DNA from: Octopus sinensis
Taxonomy: Eukaryota
DNA length: 64,000 nt
Assembly: GCF_006345805.1 (NCBI RefSeq)
Contig: NC_043005.1
Coordinates: 74,028,001-74,092,000 of the forward strand
Reading direction: 5' to 3'
Both the position numbers and the translations under genes were made by a program. The notes below the pieces were generated by a model, which saw only the letters and a list, made by a program, of their open reading frames with translations, was not told the origin of the DNA and did not search any database. Shown here one piece after another: positions 14,701 to 29,000 of this stretch (its first letter is position 1; every line of letters starts with the position of its first letter).

Positions 14701-16018
14701 TCTTGATCGTAAGATTGTGGTTTCGATTCCTGGACCGGGCCATGCGTTGTGTTCTTGAGCAAAACACTTCATTTCACGTTTCTCTGGTTCACTCAGCTGG
14801 CAAAAATTAGTAACGCTCCGATGGACTGGCATCCCATCCAGCTGGGGAACACAAATGCCATTGAAACTTGGAAACCGGGCCCATAAACCTGGCTAGGCTT
14901 TAAAAAAAGGGCGCATATATTTTGTGGAGGTGCAATGGCCCAGTGGTTAGGGCAGCAGACTAGCAGTCGGAGGATCGCAGTTTCAATTCCTAGATTGGGC
15001 GTTGTGTGTTTATTGAGTGAAAACACCTAAAGCTCCATGAGGCTCCAGGAGGGGATGGTGGCAACCTCTGTTGTACTCTTTCACCTCAACTTTCTCTCAC
15101 TCTTTCTTCCTGCTTCTTGAGTAATGCTGTGATGGACTGGCATCCCGTCCAGCTGGGGGGAACACATACGCCACAGAAACCGGGAAACCGGGCCCATGAG
15201 CCTGGCTAGGCTTGAAAGGGCGAAAAAAAAAAAATAATAATAAAAGAAGTGAAATAGAACCAATGATCCCTTCAGGATACAACATAATCAGTTTCAACAC
15301 ATTGGTCTACATCAAGAACTTTGCAAACCAAATACAAAAAAGAGAAATAGAAATACATTAAGATACCATTAATACTTAGGCTGATACTCTAAAATATCTA
15401 CCAAAATAAAAAACAAAGAGAAGTGCATGTGTTACAATCTGTTTTTTGCCTGTTTCCATTAGTTTTAAACAACAGCATGAAACCTACCATATGTTGTTGT
15501 CTGCATAGTTGGGCTCACCCCAGTTGTTCTACTGACAGTTGGTGTGGTACGAGGTGACATAGAATAAATCGCAGTTGAAGTAGTGGCGGTGGAGAAAACA
15601 GATGGCGATGTGAAGAATGTTGATATCGGAGTAGTTGGTGCCATAGTTGTAACAGTGGTGGTTGCATTCGGGCAATATGGACAGCATTTTGCTGGATCTG
15701 TTATCCAAGTGGAATTGTCACAGGAAGGAGTCTCACAAGTTATTTCTTTCATCGACAATGAGCGTCCAGGAAGACATTCGATTGTTTTACATGGCCCGTC
15801 ATTCCAGACTTCACCAATCTGAAAGGGAAAAACATTTGTGTCTGCAAATATATTTGGGAATGTTACATGAAATTAAAAGAAATAAATAATTTTTATGTAT
15901 GTGCAGGAAGGGTGACATTGCCTCCCACTTAAAGGATTTTGCCCATGCATCTTTAGTTTAAAAAAAAAGAATAAAGTTGATACTTTTTTAATGCACTTTG
16001 TATATGTGTGTGTGTGCA

Positions 16019-16049
<31 letters not shown>

Positions 16050-18601
16050 AGTCATTGCCAGTACCGCCTGACTGGCCCCCGTGCTGGTGGCACATAAAAA
16101 GCACCCACTACACTCCCGGAGGGGTTGGCGTTAGGAAGGGCATCCAACTGTAGAAACTCTGCCAGATCAAGATTGGAGCCTGGTGCAGCCATCTGGTTCG
16201 CCGGCCCTCAGTCAAAATCGTTCAACCCATGCTAGCATGAAAAGTGGACGTTAAACAATGATGATGATGATGATGCCAAGGAAGGCATTGAGCTGACAGA
16301 ATCATTTGCACACCGGACAAAATGCTTAGCAGCATTTCGTCTGTCTTTACATTCCACATTCAAATTCTACCAAGGTCGACTTTGCTTTTCATCCTTTTGG
16401 GGTCAATAAAATAGGTACCAGTTGAGGACTGGGGTCTATATAATTGACTATCCTCCTCCCTGACATTGCTGGCCTTGTGCCAAAACTTGAAAACAATATT
16501 GTGTTAACCAAGGAAGGTGACTAGCTGACAAAATTGTTTGCACACCAGGCAAACTGCTTAGCAGCATTCTGTTCAGCTTTATGTTCTGAATTCAAATTCT
16601 ACTTTGGTCTAATTACCCTTTTATTCTTTCCGGGTCAACAAAATAATAGCAGTTGAAAACTGAGGGTCAATGTAACCAACTTACCCCCTCCCTTGGAATA
16701 GCTGAACTTGTGCCAAAACTTGAAGCCAATATTGTTACCGAGGCCAACTTTGCCTTTCATACATTTGAAGGTCAATGAAATAAGTACCAGTTGAGCACTG
16801 GGGTTGATCTAATCAACCAGCCTCTTCCCCCAAAATGTCAGGCCTTGTGCCTATAGTAATAAGGGAAATTATGTTGTATACCCCTAAAGCTGCTGATAAG
16901 ACTGCATAAGTAGCCCTTAAAATGTTCATCATCTTTCTATATATAAACGGCAAAATGTCTGTGTGTGTGTGTGTATCCTTTATACAAATCCACAATTTTT
17001 CAGTTAGAGGGCTCACACTTTCTAAGGTCATTCAAAACCGTCCAAAGGTGGTCGTGCACCTCTTTACATTTCCCCAGTCACCCGGCAAAGCCATTAAAAA
17101 GATCAATAGAAGTGACTTTTTTGTGAATTTTTTATCCAAAATCCAATCAAAATGCCCGAAACTTGATATGCCAGTTGAATGCCAGCTAGCTGCATGTGAT
17201 TGGTCGGAGATTTGGACAGCACTCGCGTGTATGTGCGCACGCACGCAGCTCTATATGCATGCACTAGCACTATGACCCGGCATTGCTGGGTCATAGTGCT
17301 AGTTTTATATAAAAATGAAATAAAATGTATTTGTAACATTGCTCTGATGCAATTTGGGATAATAATCTGAAGAGGAAACATAGTATGATGGTGTGGTTAA
17401 GAAGTTTGCTTCCCAACAGGTGTTGGTGTGTTTGCATCCCTGTAACTTAGCAGTCAGCAAAAGAAAGGCCAGTAAAATAACTAACAGGATTTACAGAAAA
17501 ATAAGTACTGGGGTCAATTCATTTGACTGAATTTGAAATTCTTCAAAGGGGTGCTCCAGCATGGCCGCTGTCTAATGGTTTAAAGAAGAAAAAGAAAAAG
17601 ATGCTTTAGAAATAATCACGAACCTCATAGAAATTGCCTGATCTTTTGGGGTATTCACATTTATTAGCTGGTATACATCGGCAACATATATCATCATTCA
17701 GATCTTCGTTCTCTAATATATGGTCCTGTGAAAATATTTTAAAAAATAAACACTTGTGAGAATAATGGTGAAGAGAGAGGGAGGAGGAAGAGGAGGAGGG
17801 CTTCTAAGACAGGCACGAGGCCAGAAATTTGAAATGCAAATAAATACATACACTCATACACATGTACACTACTGGACACTCAAACTGATATAAGCATATA
17901 TATATATATATATATATATACACATTCATATATACATGAGGAAGAGCTGAAAAGTTCCTGGTTTTGGGTAAAAGAAAATAAAGGAAGATCAGTTAATTAC
18001 GATTTTATTCAAAATGATCCCCTTTCAGATTTACACACTTATTGTAATGGTCCATCAGTTTCCCTAAGCCCTGTAAAAGAACTCAGTGGGTTGGGCCTCC
18101 AACCAGGCCTTTTGTGATACCTTTAACCCTTTCGTTACTGTTTTTATTTTGAGATGCTCTGTGTTTCTTTCAATTACTTTAAATATAACAAAGAATTTAG
18201 TAAAATAACTTAGTTATCGTTAAGCTGGTGTTAGGAACATAAATTGTGACTAAGGTTTGGTGGAAGATTTTAATTAAAACTTTAAGAAAACAAGACATTT
18301 GTACAACAGAGCCAGAGCCGGTTTCAGCTGGGTTGGTAACGAAAGGGTTAAAGCCAGGAACTTTTCAGCACCCCTGCCCTTTGTAAACATATAGATATAC
18401 ATGAATATCGAGTCTACAGAAATGCAATTATATATTCCTATTTTCCTACACACACATATGATGTTGGCTGCCACCCAGAGCTCTTCTTGAAGAGCAACAG
18501 TGAATGTAGCTGTACAAGAGGCTAGTGATTTCTAACTTTTCCTCCTACATTCCACCTTCTGTATGATAGAAAGAAAGAAACACATACATGCACACATGCA
18601 T

Positions 18602-18634
<33 letters not shown>

Positions 18635-20003
18635 ACAGGCATGATACTGTTCTGTGGGACATGCACTATTGTAGAGATCAGCTGCTCAGCAGATGTAAAT
18701 ACCCAATCAAAAGTCCAAGAAAAAGAGAACATTAACGGTAAATTAATGCAGAACTTACAACTCTTGTACCCTGAATATGAATTCTCATTTGTATTTATCT
18801 TCATAGGTACATTAGGCTATGAACCCACAAATTTATGCAAAAGCCTAGAAATGCTAGGCTTTCCAAAGAAAGAGCAAAAGAAACTGACATGGTTCTCCAA
18901 ATCCAATCCAATTGTGGCACAATGAAGATGTGTAAGACATTCCAAAAATTCTCTCTATGAGATTCTTCAGGTAAATAGATGCACACACTTGGGTGTATGC
19001 ATCAATGGTTCAACCAACACACCAGCTCAACTGCACATTTACAAGCACTGAGAACTCTCTTAACCCATTTGTTACCGTATTTATTTTGAGATGCTTTGTG
19101 ATTCTTTCAATTATTTTAGATGTAACAGAGAATTTAGTAAAATAACTTGGTTATCATTAAGCTCGTGTTAAGAACATAAATTGTGACTAAGGTTTGGTGG
19201 AAGATTTTAATTCAAAATTTACGAAAACAAGACATTTGAACTACAGAGCCAGAGCCAGTTTCAGCCAGGGTTAACTCAAAAAGTTCTTTCATTTTGTTAG
19301 TGACCAGCCAGAACTCTCTCAAGAACTTAAATAAAACTCAAAGAAAAAATCATACAAGCTTGCATGCACGTGTGTTATACTACATCTCTCTCTTGTATAG
19401 TGGTGTGTAAGTGCATTAGATAACAGAAAATCATACATTACCCCTGAACACTTGATATCACAAACTTCTCCACATTTAAGAACATCATCTACACATTTAC
19501 ATAAGGTACAGAGAGTGGGTTTAACTGGATCTTTCACTGGTTTTCTTCAATTGTGCAGTTGCATGTTGAGACACATTTCCCATCTTGGAATAAAGTATGA
19601 TCAGGACAAGCACATCCAGGAAAACAAGTCTCAACATTACAAGAATGGTTATGAGAAATACATGTTCGATTACATGCACATTTCTTCCAAATGAATGGTT
19701 CTGGGCATGCTGAAATACAGAACAGAATAAAATATGGATTATTTTTAATGCAGGTTTTTTTTCATTTACTGTTGCTTTTTTCTTATTTGTTAGAAAATTT
19801 TAATTCAGTTATTAAGAGTTGATTATTATAGTATTACTGTGAAGAGTTGTATAGTCAAGAATTTGCTTCTTAACTATGTGATCTTGGGTTCAGTCCCACT
19901 GCACAGCACTCTAGGCAAGTGTGTTTAGTATAGCCTCAGGCCAACCAAAGCTTTGTTAGTGGATTTGGTAGATGGAAGCTAAAAGAAGCTTGTCATAAAT
20001 AAA

Positions 20004-20042
<39 letters not shown>

Positions 20043-23000
20043 TCATCATTATCATTTAATGTCTGTTGTCTATGCTGGCATGGGTTGAATGATTTCACCA
20101 GGGCTGATAAGCTGAGGGGCCGCATCAGACTCCAGTCTAATTTGGTATGATTTCTATGGCTGGATGCCTTTCCTAACGCCAACCACCCAAGACTGTAATG
20201 GGTGCTTTTACATGCCATTGGCACAGGTGCCCGTTGTGTGACACCAGTATCTGCCACAATGGCTTGATGGGTTTTCTTATCAAGCACAGCATATTGCCAA
20301 AGGTCTGTCATTTGTCATTGCCTCCTTGTGGCCCAATGCTCAAAGGGTACTTTTTATGTGCCCCCACACACATACACACCTGTGTGTGTGTTTTTGTATC
20401 TATGTTTGTCCCCTCACTACTGCTTGACAACCAGTGTTGTTTTGTTTATGTTACACAACTTGATGGTTTGGCAAAAGAGATTGATAAAATGAGTATCAGG
20501 CTTAAAAAATAAGGGATCAGTTGTTTGACTAAACCATTCAAGATGATGACCCAGCATGCCTGCAGTCCACTGAAATAAGGGAAATGTATTTGCTTAAAGC
20601 AAATGATAATTTTAGCTCAGGGGTATCGCATATTTCCACTCTTCATACAAGTGGCATAACTCATAAGGCAGCGAGCTGGCAGAAACGTTAGCGTGCCGGG
20701 AGAAATGCTTAGCGGTATTTCGCCTGCCGTTATGTTCTGAGTTCAAATTCTGCCGAGGTCGACTTTGCCTTTCATCCTTTCGGGGTCGATAAATTAAGTA
20801 CCAGTTACGCACTGGGGTCGATGTAATTGACTTAATCCATTTGTCTGTCCTTGCTTGTGCTCCCTTGTGGGTAGTAAAGAAGTAGGTATAACTCATTCAG
20901 AAAGGAAGAGGATTAGTTTTTGTTCTTTTTTTTTTGTTTGTTTTCTTGTAAATGTTTATATCCTAAAATACATACTTGTATTGCAGTCCTCATTAACCCA
21001 TTTATGGATGCCTTCACTTGTGCAAGTACCCAGAATTATATCACAGTCGTCCTTTGTTTCAACTACAAAAATTTCATTGGGCTAAAATGTAAAAGAGGAA
21101 AAGCAATATCCATTAGAAATACATATATAATAAACTTTGTAAACAATTGAAGCATGGAAGGTGTTTATAAGCCATTTAAAATACACAAGGAATTTTGTCA
21201 AAGTGACGAAAATATTTTGGCAAATTAAATTTAAATGTTAAAGTGAATCTAATGGTTTTTGTGTGTTTTAAATGGCTTATAAACACCTTCCACGCTGCAA
21301 TTGTTTTTGTTCCAGCACACAATCTCAGATCAGGTCACTTGCTATGCAAGTACATCTCCGTAAAAAACTTTGTAAATATATTTCAAATCCATAAAAATAA
21401 TAATTGTTGTTTGTTGTTTTTTTTACTTTTGAGGTAGAGGTAGTTTTGATTTTTTCTTTTCTACATTGGTGTGCAGGGAAGTACTTGTAAGGGATGTGTT
21501 AAAAGTCAGTTACAGCTAACAATATTAATCATTTTGTATTTAATCCCTTAGCATTCAGATTACTCTGTCAAATGCAATGTTTATTCAGTCACACTGTTTT
21601 GAATTAAATACAAATTATCTGATAGCTTCAGGGTTTTGATGATGCGGTAGTTTAGTTTTAGAAGGACAAAGCAAGGTGAGTGTGAGAAGCCAGATCTGGT
21701 CAGTTTACTCTCTTTTACTCTCTTTTACACTTTTACTTGTTTCAGTCATTTGACTGCATCCATGCTGGAGCACCGCCTTTCGCAAATCAACCCCAGGACT
21801 TATTCTTTGTAAGCCTAGTACTTATTCTATCGGTCTCTTTTGCTGAACCGCTAAGTTATGGGGACGTAAACACACCAGCATCGGTTGTCAAGCGATGTTG
21901 GGGGTACAAACACAGACACACAAACACACACGTATATATATACATATATATGACGGGCTTCTTTTCAGTTTCCGTCTACCAAATCCACTCACAAGGCTTT
22001 GGTCGGCTCGAGGCTATAGTAGAAGACACTTGCCCAAGGTGCCACACAGTGGGACTTGAACTCGGAACCATGTGGTTGGTAAACAAGCTACTTACCACAC
22101 AGCCACTCCTGTGCCTATATTCTTGAACATAAAGAATGCAGAATATTTTGGCCATATATGGACAGTTTAAATGCTGAAGAGTTAATCAAGGGCAAATGGC
22201 AAAGATGCATTTAGATTGTAGAAAGATTAAATGTTGTATTATGCCATTCTATGTTTGTATATAGATCTTATGTTATGCTTTGGTCAAAAGCCAACATGTA
22301 TGCCCCATGTGCAGCAGAACCTGTTGTTCAAGGACTGGTTTCCATAACAACTTAAGGGCTTGCCACTCTTCTTCCTGGTCATTGGACATGAAGAATTATC
22401 ACCACCATCATCATCAGCAGCAGCAGCCGTTCAAGAACTTGGACCTGGAGATCTCCATTTTCAGTGACTTCAAGAGCCACCTCCCAGTGACGTCGGGCGT
22501 CAACAAAGAGCCCTCGACTACAACAAGATGACCAAAGTCTGCAAGTTAGGAAGAGCTCACTATTCTAAGCTATAATCATTCTGTAGAATTTTAAAGGATA
22601 GTTTTTATCTAGCTTATGATGGAGTATTCAACACTTCTTGAAGATTCTATTAGAAAAGTATTTTAGTTCATTTATTTCTTCTAAATAACCCACAAACAGA
22701 GGTATCTCAGATCCTGAAACATCAAATTTATTGATTCAGAATCAGAGAATGGTCAGATCCACTAATGAAATAAAGAAAGACAGAAAGAAGGACAGATGAA
22801 TCAACATACGAAAATACAGTCAGGATATTTATTGGGTTGTCCGGAAAGTTCGTGCCAATTTATAGTAGCTTACCTTTCGACTTATTTTACAACATGGTTG
22901 AGTCCATAAAATAGGATTTGACTACACCTCCATTTAGAGCACAGTTTAAGCTATCTTTTCATGGAATAAGGTTTATGTTCCTATAACCTGTGTTAATTCT

Positions 23001-26000
23001 GTAGCCCTTTAAAATGGAAGATAAGAAAGTTCATTTTTGGCACTTGATGCTTTGGGAACCAGACAAAAATTGCTGCAGCTTGGCTGGGATGTGTTACCCC
23101 ACCCTCCATATTCACCAGATATTGCTCCTTCGGATTTTCACTTATTCAGGTCTCTGCAGAATAGTCTTTATAGTAAAAATTTCAATTCCTTGGATGATGT
23201 AAAATGACACCTTGATGAATTCTTTGCCATGAAATCACCTCAATTCTGGGAAGAGGGTATTTTCAAGTTAAAGGAAAGATGGAGACGCATTGTGCAATAA
23301 AATGGTTCATATTTGGTTGATTAAAAATGTAATGGCAAGTATTTATTGACCTTTTTCTTTCCTTTAAAAATCAGCACGAACTTTCCGGACAACCCAATAT
23401 ATATGTTTTGATATTTGCTTTTTACTATGTTATTTTTTCATATTTTACTTACTTTGTAAAATTTTCCATTATGGTAACAAGGACAATCAGTTGGTTTGAT
23501 ACATTCACCTTTCTCTTGAACAAGGTGAGATGGACACATACAGCCTTCTTCACATTCAGTTTCGTTAGGATTAGTAAAGTTGTTATAGGCTAATGTCTCA
23601 CATGTTTGTAAAATAACACATGTAGTAAATTGCTTTGGTAATGTACAATTATGGGGGGTTGGAGTTGTTGAAAATGGTGTAACTGTCGTCAAAGACACAC
23701 TAGATGTTCTGAAAGAAGTCTCTGTCAAGAAAATTAAAAAAATAAATCATGAGAAATCAGTAGAACAAAAATGATTTTTTCTTAAGAGAATTACTTTTTT
23801 TATTATTTTTGTATATATGCAATGTAAAAATACAAAAAGAAATATATGGTTAATGATTGTTTCAAGTTTAGGTATAAAACCAGTAATTTTAGGGGAAAGG
23901 AGTTGGTTTGGAGGCAGTTAATTAATTACACATGCTAATGAGTCTACTACCTCGTTACCTTAGAATATAGTACTGTCCTTATTTTATAATGATTATAATC
24001 ATTAAATTTTTGGCGATTAAAATTTATTATTTTGAAATTAATACTCTTTTACTTGTTTCAGTCATGTGACTGTGGCCATGCTGGAGCACCACCTTTAGTC
24101 GAGTAAATCTTTGATTTTAGACATTGCTTCCATACATAAAATTTCTTCTCTAATTCTGGTAGTGTTCGACTGTAAGAGCAATGTCATCAGTATAGAGGAC
24201 CTCCCAGGTGCAACCCAGCTTGAAATCCTCTGTTATTGCCTGGAGGACTATGATGAAGAAGACAAGGCCAAGGACTGATCCTTGGTGAACTCCTCCTTGT
24301 ACCCTGAATTCATTGCTATATTCATTGCCAACTCCACTTTACTGATAGCATCCCTGTACGTGGTTTGTACAGCTCTAACCAATCACTCATTTATCCTTAG
24401 TTTCCACATTGACCACCAGATAAGGGAATGAGGGGGGGGCTGTCAAAAGCTTTCTCTCCATGTCACCCAAAGCCAGGTATATTTGTGTGTGTGTGGAGGC
24501 ACAATAGCCCAGTGGTTAGGGCAGCGGACTCGCAGTTGTAGGATCACGGTTTCGATTCCCAGACCGGCGCTGTGAGTGTTTATTAAGCGAAAATACCTAA
24601 AGCTCCACAAGGCTCTGTACTCTTTTGCCACAATTTTCTCTCACTCTTTCTTCTGTTGGCCTGCTTGCTTAGCCAGAGGGGTGGCATCATTTGAAGGCTA
24701 AAACAATGCGAAATGCATTGTGACCAGCGATGTGTAGCAACATCTGATAGCCTGGTCAGTCACGGTGATCACAGTGATATATATATATATATATATTTGT
24801 ATGTATCATTCTGTCTGTTTTTGTTCCCTACCACCACATAACAATTGGTGTTAGTGTGTTTACATTCCCATAACTTAGCAGTTCAGCAAAAGAGTCCTAT
24901 ATAATAAATACCAGACTTTTAAAAAATAATAAGTACAGGGGTCGATTCATTTGGCTAAAAATTCTTCAAGTCAGTATCCCTGCATGGTAGTAGTGTAATG
25001 ACTGAAACAAGTAATAGATTTTTCCCAAATTACAAGATTCCAGAAAGAAAATAAAAAGGTATACACTACCTGGAGAAACGGAAGACATCAGCGAAACAAT
25101 ATTTGTTGTAAAAGGTGTTGTTGTTGTTGCTAGGCCTGATGTTCCGAATGAAGTGGTAAACGAAGCTGTGGTCGATTTTGACCAGCTGGTTGCTGTAGTG
25201 GACTGACAGTAGCTGGGAGTGTGAACACAGAGTGTTCCTTCCTTCACAAATCCAGGCAAGCAAATACAGTCTTCTTCGCACATTGTACGAATGCAGATCT
25301 CATCGCATGAAGTTTTATTGCAATGACATCTCAAGGAACAAACTGAAATCATACAAGAAACATGTATCATTATCTCATCATAACCATCACCGTCATCATC
25401 ATTACTACTAATCACAATCATCATCAATGTTTTTGTTTTCTTTTTCCCATGATGAGTTGGATGAAACTTAATGAAGTAGGGCTCAATAGCTGGATGCCTT
25501 TCCTGTTCCAACCCTTAATTGTTTTTCAAGTAAGGCTGTTTTGTTTGCATGTCTGCATGTGATTATATAATAACAAGTTCCCTCAGCTCCACAAGAAGAT
25601 ACAGCTTTGAGAATAGATAATATGATCATATCTTCAGTTGCACAGAGCCAGAAGAGAAATCATTTAAATGAACTTTGAAAATGGCTTCCAGAGAAGAATA
25701 TTTTTGAACCTCCATTAATCAGTTGAGGTCATGCAGATACTTTAACTAGAGAACAATAGCAATTCTGGAGATGTACTTGCATAGCGAGTGACTTGATCTG
25801 AGATCGTGTGCTGGAACGAAAACAATTGCAGTGTGCAAGGTGTTTATAAGCCATTTAAGAAACACACAAAAACTGTTAGATTCACTTCAACATTTAAATT
25901 TAATTTGTCAAAATATTTTCGTCGCTTTGAGACCGTGACCTGTTCACTGACAAAACTTCATGCTTTTATTAAATATTCCATATGGTTGAGTAGACAGGAT

Positions 26001-29000
26001 AGTGACTGCAGGCATTTGACATTATGTAATAAATGGCATTTTAGTGACAGCCACTATCTCATGGAGATTTACAACTGCACAAAATGTATGTGTTAAGAAG
26101 TCCACATCTCTGAAAATTAGATTGATGTCTGAAAAATTAAACTCTCTACTGCACTCAGCTGAGTGCTGTTTTACAAGTACTTGGTAAACTCACAAGTGTT
26201 GGTGCCATTAAAAGAAAGTGCCCAGTACACTCTGGAAAGTGTTGGCATTAGGAAGGACATCCCGTTGAACAAACTATGCCAAAGAAAACAATGGGGCCTG
26301 GTGCAGCCCTGTGACTTGTCAGTTCCTGTCAAACCTGCCAACCCATGCCAACAGGGGAAAAGGAATGCTAAACTGATGATGATGAGGGGGGGATGATAAG
26401 GAGGAGGGGAGGGGATGCAGGAAGGAGGTGAGGGGGGAGGGGAGAGGAGGAGGAGGAGGAGGGCAATGATTTTCTGAGGGATGAAACATTAGCTATCTCC
26501 ATCTTCATTACAATGAAACATATCAAACTCTTCCAAAATTCTCCTTTGATCTCATTATTTTCCGATGGTCATCACCATCTTCCTTCAATTCCATATTTTA
26601 CTCCATATTCTTCTGAGCCAACAACTCAAGTTAGACTAAGCAAATCTAATAATTAACCATTATTTATAAAAAAACAAAAAAAAACCAAGAAATTCAGGCA
26701 AATCATATCTAATGCTTACAATACTTAAAACATTTTAAAGAATTTAATGAATTAAAAAGGCATAGTATTTATAAAAGAGTTGCGCTTACAAGTGATGGTC
26801 GTGGTTGACTGGTATTTGGTGGTTGTGGTCAAAGTTGAAACAGTTCTTGGAGCAGTAGTTATTCCTGCTGTAGTAGAGGGAGAAACGCTTGATGTTGTAA
26901 CTGAAGGCACAGCTGTCGTTGTGGCTGGTAGGGAAGCAGTTGTTGGTCCCATAGTTGATGGCTTTGGTGTTGTAGCAGCTGAGGTTGCTGGTGATACAGA
27001 TGTTGTTGTTGTTGCTGATGGTGCAGTAGTTGTTTCCACCGTTACACCAGATGTATATTCAGAAAATTCAACTGTAGGTGTACTTGCAGCAGTTGTTGTT
27101 AAGGGCACAACTGTGGTTGCTGTGGTCCTAACTGCTGTGGTTGCGGTACCAGTTGTTGTTGCTGATGTTCCTGTAGAAGATATTGCTGTTGTAGTTGCTG
27201 TTGCAGCACTTGTTGTTGCTGATGGTGCAACAGTTGTTGCTGATGGTCCCATAGTGGATGTTGCTGGTGGCACAGTTGTTGTTGTCGCTGATGGTCCTAG
27301 AGTCGGTGTTGCTGTTGTAGTTGCAGTTGCAGGAGTCAATGTTCCTGAAGGTGCAGCAGTTGTTGTTGCTGATGTTGCAGCAGTTGTTGTTGTTGCAGTG
27401 GTTGTCACTCCTGATGTTCCCATAGTGGATGTTGCTGTTGGTACAGAAGTTATTGTTGCTGATGGTCCTACAGTTGGTGTTGGTGCTGTAGTTGTTGCTG
27501 TTGCAGGAGTCGCTTTTGTTGATGTTGCTACAGTTGTTGCTGCTGATGATACAGCAGTTGCTGTTACTGATGGTGCAGCAGTTGTAGTTGCTGATGGTGC
27601 AGCAGTTGTTGCTGATTGTGCAGCAGTTGTTGCTGATGGTGCAGCAGTTGTTCCTGATGGTGCAGTAGTTGTTACTGATGGTGCAGCAGTTGTAGTTGCA
27701 GTTGAAGGAGTCGTTGTTGCTGATGGTGCAGCGGTTGTTGTTGCCGGTGGGGCAACAGTTGTTGTTCCTGATGGTGCAGCGGTTGTTGTTGCTGATGGTG
27801 CAGCAGTTGTTCCTGTTGGCGCAGCAGTTGTTGTAGTTGCGGTTGAAGGAGTCGTTGTTGCTGATGGTGCAGCGGTTGTTGTTCCTGGTGGTGCAGCGGT
27901 TGTTGTTGCTGAAGGTGCAGCAGTTGTGGTTGCTGATGGTACAACAGTTGTTGTTCCAGATGGTGCAGCAGTTGTTGTTCCTGAAGGTGCAGCAGTTGTC
28001 GATCCTGGTGGTGCAGCAGTTGTTGTTGCTGATGGTCCTATAGTGGATGCTACGGTTGCAGCAGTTGTTGAAGGTGCAGAAGTTGTTGCAGTCCCAGCAG
28101 TTGTTCTTCCTGATGTTCCTACAATTGTTGTTGCTGATGTTGCAGCAGTTGTTGCTGTTGCAGTTGTCTCCACCGTTACACCAGATGTATATTTAGAAAA
28201 TACAACTGTAGGTGTACTTGCAGAAGTTCTTGTTGCAGGAGTCGTTTTTGCTGATGGTGCAGCAGTTGTTGTAGTTGCTGTTGAAGGAGTCGTTGTTGCT
28301 GATGGTGCAGTGGTTGTTGTTGCTGGTGGTGCAGCTGTTGTTCCTGATGGTGCAGCAGTTGTTCCTGATGGTACAGCAGTTGATGTTCTTGATGGTGCAG
28401 CAGTTGTTGTTCCTGATGGTGTAGCAGTTGTTGTTCTTGATGGTGCTGCAGATGTTGTTGCAGATGGAGCAGCAGTTGTTGTAGTTGCTGTTGAAGGAGT
28501 CGTTGTTGCTGATGGTGCAGCAGTTGTTCCTGTTGGCACAGCAGTTGTTGTAATTGCGGTTGAAGGAGTCGTTGTTGCTGATGGTGCAGCAGTTGATGTT
28601 GCTGATGGTGCAGCAGTTGTTGTTCCTGATGGTGCAGCAGTTGTTGTTCCTGATGGTACAGGAGTTGTTGTTGCTGTTGAAGGAGTCGTTGTTCTTGATG
28701 GTGCAGCAGTCGTTGTTGCTGATGGTACAGCAGTTGTGGTTGCTGATGGCGCCGCAGGTGTCGTTGCTGATGGTGCAGCAGTTGTTGTTGTTACTGATGG
28801 CACAGCAGTTGTTGTTGCTGATGGTACAGGAGTTGATGTTCCTGATGGTGCAGCAGTTGTTGTTGCTGATGGTGCGGCGGTTGTTGTTGCTGATGGTGCA
28901 GCAGTTGTTGTTCCTGACGGTACAGCTGTTGTTGTTCCTGATGGTGCAGCAGTTGGTGTTGCTGATGGTGCAGCAGTTGTTGTAGTTACTGTTGAAGGAG

